DNA of 23,861 nucleotides from Stylophora pistillata (lineage: Eukaryota): the NCBI RefSeq assembly GCF_002571385.2. It is one part of the record NW_019217843.1 of this genome. One strand, given 5' to 3'. The notes beneath the pieces are model-generated. The model had not been told where the DNA came from. It did not search any database and worked only from the letters and a program-made list of their open reading frames with translations. Position numbers and translations under genes: made by a program. Positions 21,170 to 23,861 of the stretch are shown here, piece after piece; the first letter of the stretch is position 1; each line of letters opens with the position of its first letter.

Positions 21170-21532
21170 TCACTCCTTTGATATTCTCAAAAGTCAGCAC
21201 TGATTCATGGTTCTCCAGTTTTGGATTAAAGTAAATATGCTCCAGCATTTTAGAAATTTCGGGTCTCATCCGATGTTGTAATCGCAACCGTTCAAATGGC
21301 ACTCCATTCTTCACCATTCTCTCAAAGAGTGACACGTCCAAGTTGTAATTTTTGGCGAGTTCGTAAACTGTTGGATTGGGACGGAGCTGCTGATGATCAC
21401 CAATCAGAATCAAGAGGTGGCATCCAGGAGTTAGTGATGTAACGATGTGTGATTCCAGTACCTCAGCAGCTTTTTCCACAATGGTTATTCGGGGTTGCAA
21501 TTCTGCCAGAATTTTGCTATACTTTGCAGCAC
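21170..21532 (-). CDS. ZNFX1: ZNFX1 copy B helicase exon (Walker B, motif III)
   Basis: acttag|[68 protein letters not shown]. The 3' boundary is uncertain (candidate gtgagt donor at about 21147). Confidence 0.92.
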
Positions 21533-22949
21533 CTAAGTATTTTAAGCATTTCAAAAAAAAAACAAAAAAACAAGAAAAGTTTATTAATCTTTACCGAAGG
21601 CGTTACTATTTACAAAATTATCTTAAAAAAAAAGAATACGTGATAAAATCCAGCCGGCCGTAGTGCGCCTCTTAATAATCAACTCAATGGGGGAGGGCAG
21701 GGCTGCATATTTTTGGCTCAAACTCCAAACATCCGTGATCTGCAATAAAGCAACTTGAGAATATTACTTGAATATCAACGAGCCTCAGGAACGATCATCT
21801 TTGGGAGCACCGTGTCTCAGGTTAGCATACCTCTCCAAATATTAGCACAGCAAGAAAAACGTAATAGGTTGAAATGTGAGGACTCTCTGAAAGCTGCTCC
21901 AGATCGTACGTGTTGCTGTTATGTTTCGATCTATAGTTGCGTTTATCCGAAAGGATTGACTGAGAGCATACTGCTCTGTGGCCACGGCGCACGGAGCTTT
22001 TGAAATCTTTTGAAAGCCCGAAAGCCGGTTGTGTGAAAGGCAGTCGGCTCTAATCCAGGTTTCAGAGTCCTACTCGGTTTGTATTTCCCTTCATTAAAAG
22101 TGTTTATTAAATAGATTAGCACTGTGGCCGACATATATAATACGCGCGCTAAGAGTGACGGTAAAATGAAGTTTAAGGGCGGAAAGAGTGACCCAATACG
22201 CCATGGGGTTTCCAACGAAGAGGCAGAGTGGCAGACTCCCATCTACAATTCTTCTAATTAATCAACAAAAGTATAATTTTTTGTTAAAGACGGAGCCTGC
22301 TAATAGGGATAAATTTTTGCTGGGCCAATCCCTATGCAAGCTAAATTTGATCTCATCAAGGACTATCAAAATCCGAAAAAAAATGGGGATAGCCACGCAA
22401 TATCCCGAGATAATTAGGTTTGAAATCTGAAAAAAGTGCTGACGTTGCGTTCTTTAAAAGTGAAGGAAAATAAAATGTCCTAGTGAATTTCGTTTGAATT
22501 CGATTTTACTAAAACGAAATCAATAGTATATGTAAAAATCTTTAAAATAACAGGCAAATTTGTAAGATTTTATCATCAAATGACTGCATTGAGGCCATTT
22601 TTTATCCTGAGCACTCTCACCTGCACAACCAAAAATACTAGCAAAACAGTTTTAGCATTGGAGAAAAATTGTGCAAAAGCATTGACACCCGCGTAGCGCG
22701 AAATATTGTCTCGCCGCGCCTGAGAGTTACTTTCCCTCCTACCTTCCCTACTAAGTAGTGATAATGGAGGATGAAACTGAAGTCCACGCGGCCGACTTTT
22801 AAAATTTTTAAGTTAGATTTTCCTTTCCATTTATACCATGTTAGAGTTCAAAATGAAAAGCGAATATGAATGATATCGAATATTATGTTTGAAAAATAAT
22901 AAATGTCAAAGTCTTAGAAGCGATGGAATAAGCTTTCGAGTCAACGGCA

Positions 22950-23861
22950 GTGCAGTGAGGAGACAAGCAAGGCGAATTAACTCAACACTATCTGAGCCTC
23001 TTCCCGTGACTTGTGGAGTTCCACAGGGAAATATCTTTGGCCCCTTGTTCTTCAGTGTTTACACAAATGATCTTCCCTTGGTGCTGCAAAGGTGTAGCTC
23101 CCAGAGTCATGTAGACGATACGAAGCTCATCATCTCTTTTTAACTAAAAGATACAGTGTACGCTGTAGCCGATTAAACAAAGGCCTTCTTCAAATTGCCG
23201 AATGGTGCTTTAATAATTATCTTTTATTGAACCCAAGTAAAACCAAACTGATGGTGTTTGGGAGCAGACAAATGCCCTAGCTCAAAGTTAGGCCCCTTTT
23301 CGCTCACTTCATGGGAAAGGAACTCTTCCCTCTCAACACTGTTAAAGACTTGGGCGTATTTTTCGGACTCTAATCTAACCTTCGACGCACACGTGACCAA
23401 AATTGTATCTTCCTGTATGCATCGACTAAGTCAAGTTAATCGTACCAAACATATTTTTAACAAACATACCCTTCTTACCATTATTAATTCTTTAGCTTTT
23501 AGCAAATTGTTTTATTGCTCAAGTGTATGGTCGAATACTTCCAAGCGCAACATAACGAAATTACAGAGCATACAGAACTTCGCCTGTCGCATTGTTTGCG
23601 GTGCGCGCAAATACGACCATGTTAAGCCTCTTCTTAAAGAACTCAACTGGCTCCCAGTGGCAAATAAACTATATCTTCGCGACGCCATAATGACTTTCAA
23701 ATGTATGACAGGACGAGCCCCAAAACACCTCTCCACCCAATTTATCAAACGCGAGGAGGTTAGCAGTCGTAAGACCAGAAACTGCCAAATGTTGCATATT
23801 CCCTTCTTTAAAACTAGTAGTGGTCAAAATGCCTTTTATTTTAGATCAGTTGATATTTGGA
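22950..23861 (+). mobile_element. Degenerate CR1-group LINE reverse transcriptase, running off the window
   Basis: RINSTLSEPLPVTCGVPQGNIFGPLFFSVYTNDLP..HVDDTKL, WCFNNYLLLNPSKTKLMVFGSRQ, VKDLGV, KLFYCSSVWSNTSKRNITKLQSIQNFACRIVCGARKYDHVKPLLKELNWLPV, with stops and frameshifts. Confidence 0.92.

Larger units (their letters stand above)
15289..21532 (-). pseudogene. ZNFX1: ZNFX1 copy B (3' half; probable recent pseudogene): exons about 21170-21532, [gap]-18226, 16165-17261, 15589-15744, 15289-15356
   Basis: SF1 helicase motifs, NFX1 Cys-rich fingers and the RZ finger occur in the expected order with GT-AG sites. Lesions: EKAA Walker B, frameshift near 17246, TAG at 15740-15742, RZ Cys->Ser, early TGA at 15289. 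Confidence 0.88.

Noticed and set aside
22284-22760. Possible MITE starting TTAAAGACGGAGCCTGCT
   Set aside because: It resembles a repeat terminus, but I could not find the matching inverted terminus.
1-23861. Prokaryotic defence system, operon or CRISPR array
   Set aside because: Spliceosomal introns, SINE, LINE and gypsy elements and low coding density show animal nuclear DNA.

Overview
AT-rich, intron-containing animal genomic DNA, not prokaryotic. The repeat families and gene content suggest a cnidarian, probably a stony coral (inference). The only gene that can be spliced into an intact frame is a 9-coding-exon DD3-3-family gene on the + strand (7733-13885, about 643 aa, signal peptide, no C-terminal transmembrane segment). 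It is flanked on the - strand by two paralogous ZNFX1 copies (UPF1-like SF1 helicase, NFX1-type zinc fingers, RZ finger). Copy A (1070-4697) is a heavily decayed pseudogene whose centre is replaced by a Ty3/gypsy pol remnant. Copy B (15289 to at least 21532, 5' part not found in the window) has long open exons but carries a Walker B E->K change, a 1-bp frameshift, a premature stop and a broken RZ finger. The two copies share intronic and downstream sequence about 14.3 kb apart, which indicates a local segmental duplication. Other elements are a tRNA-derived SINE, a MITE, a Crypton-like non-autonomous element whose empty site is visible in the paralog, an R4/Dong-like RLE retroelement remnant split by a CR1/L2-like LINE, a second CR1-like LINE, and a 48-N assembly gap. 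I see no convincing wholly new biological system. The most interesting signals are birth-and-death of an antiviral helicase family, preferential loss of its RZ E3 finger, and its linkage to the poorly characterised DD3-3 family.
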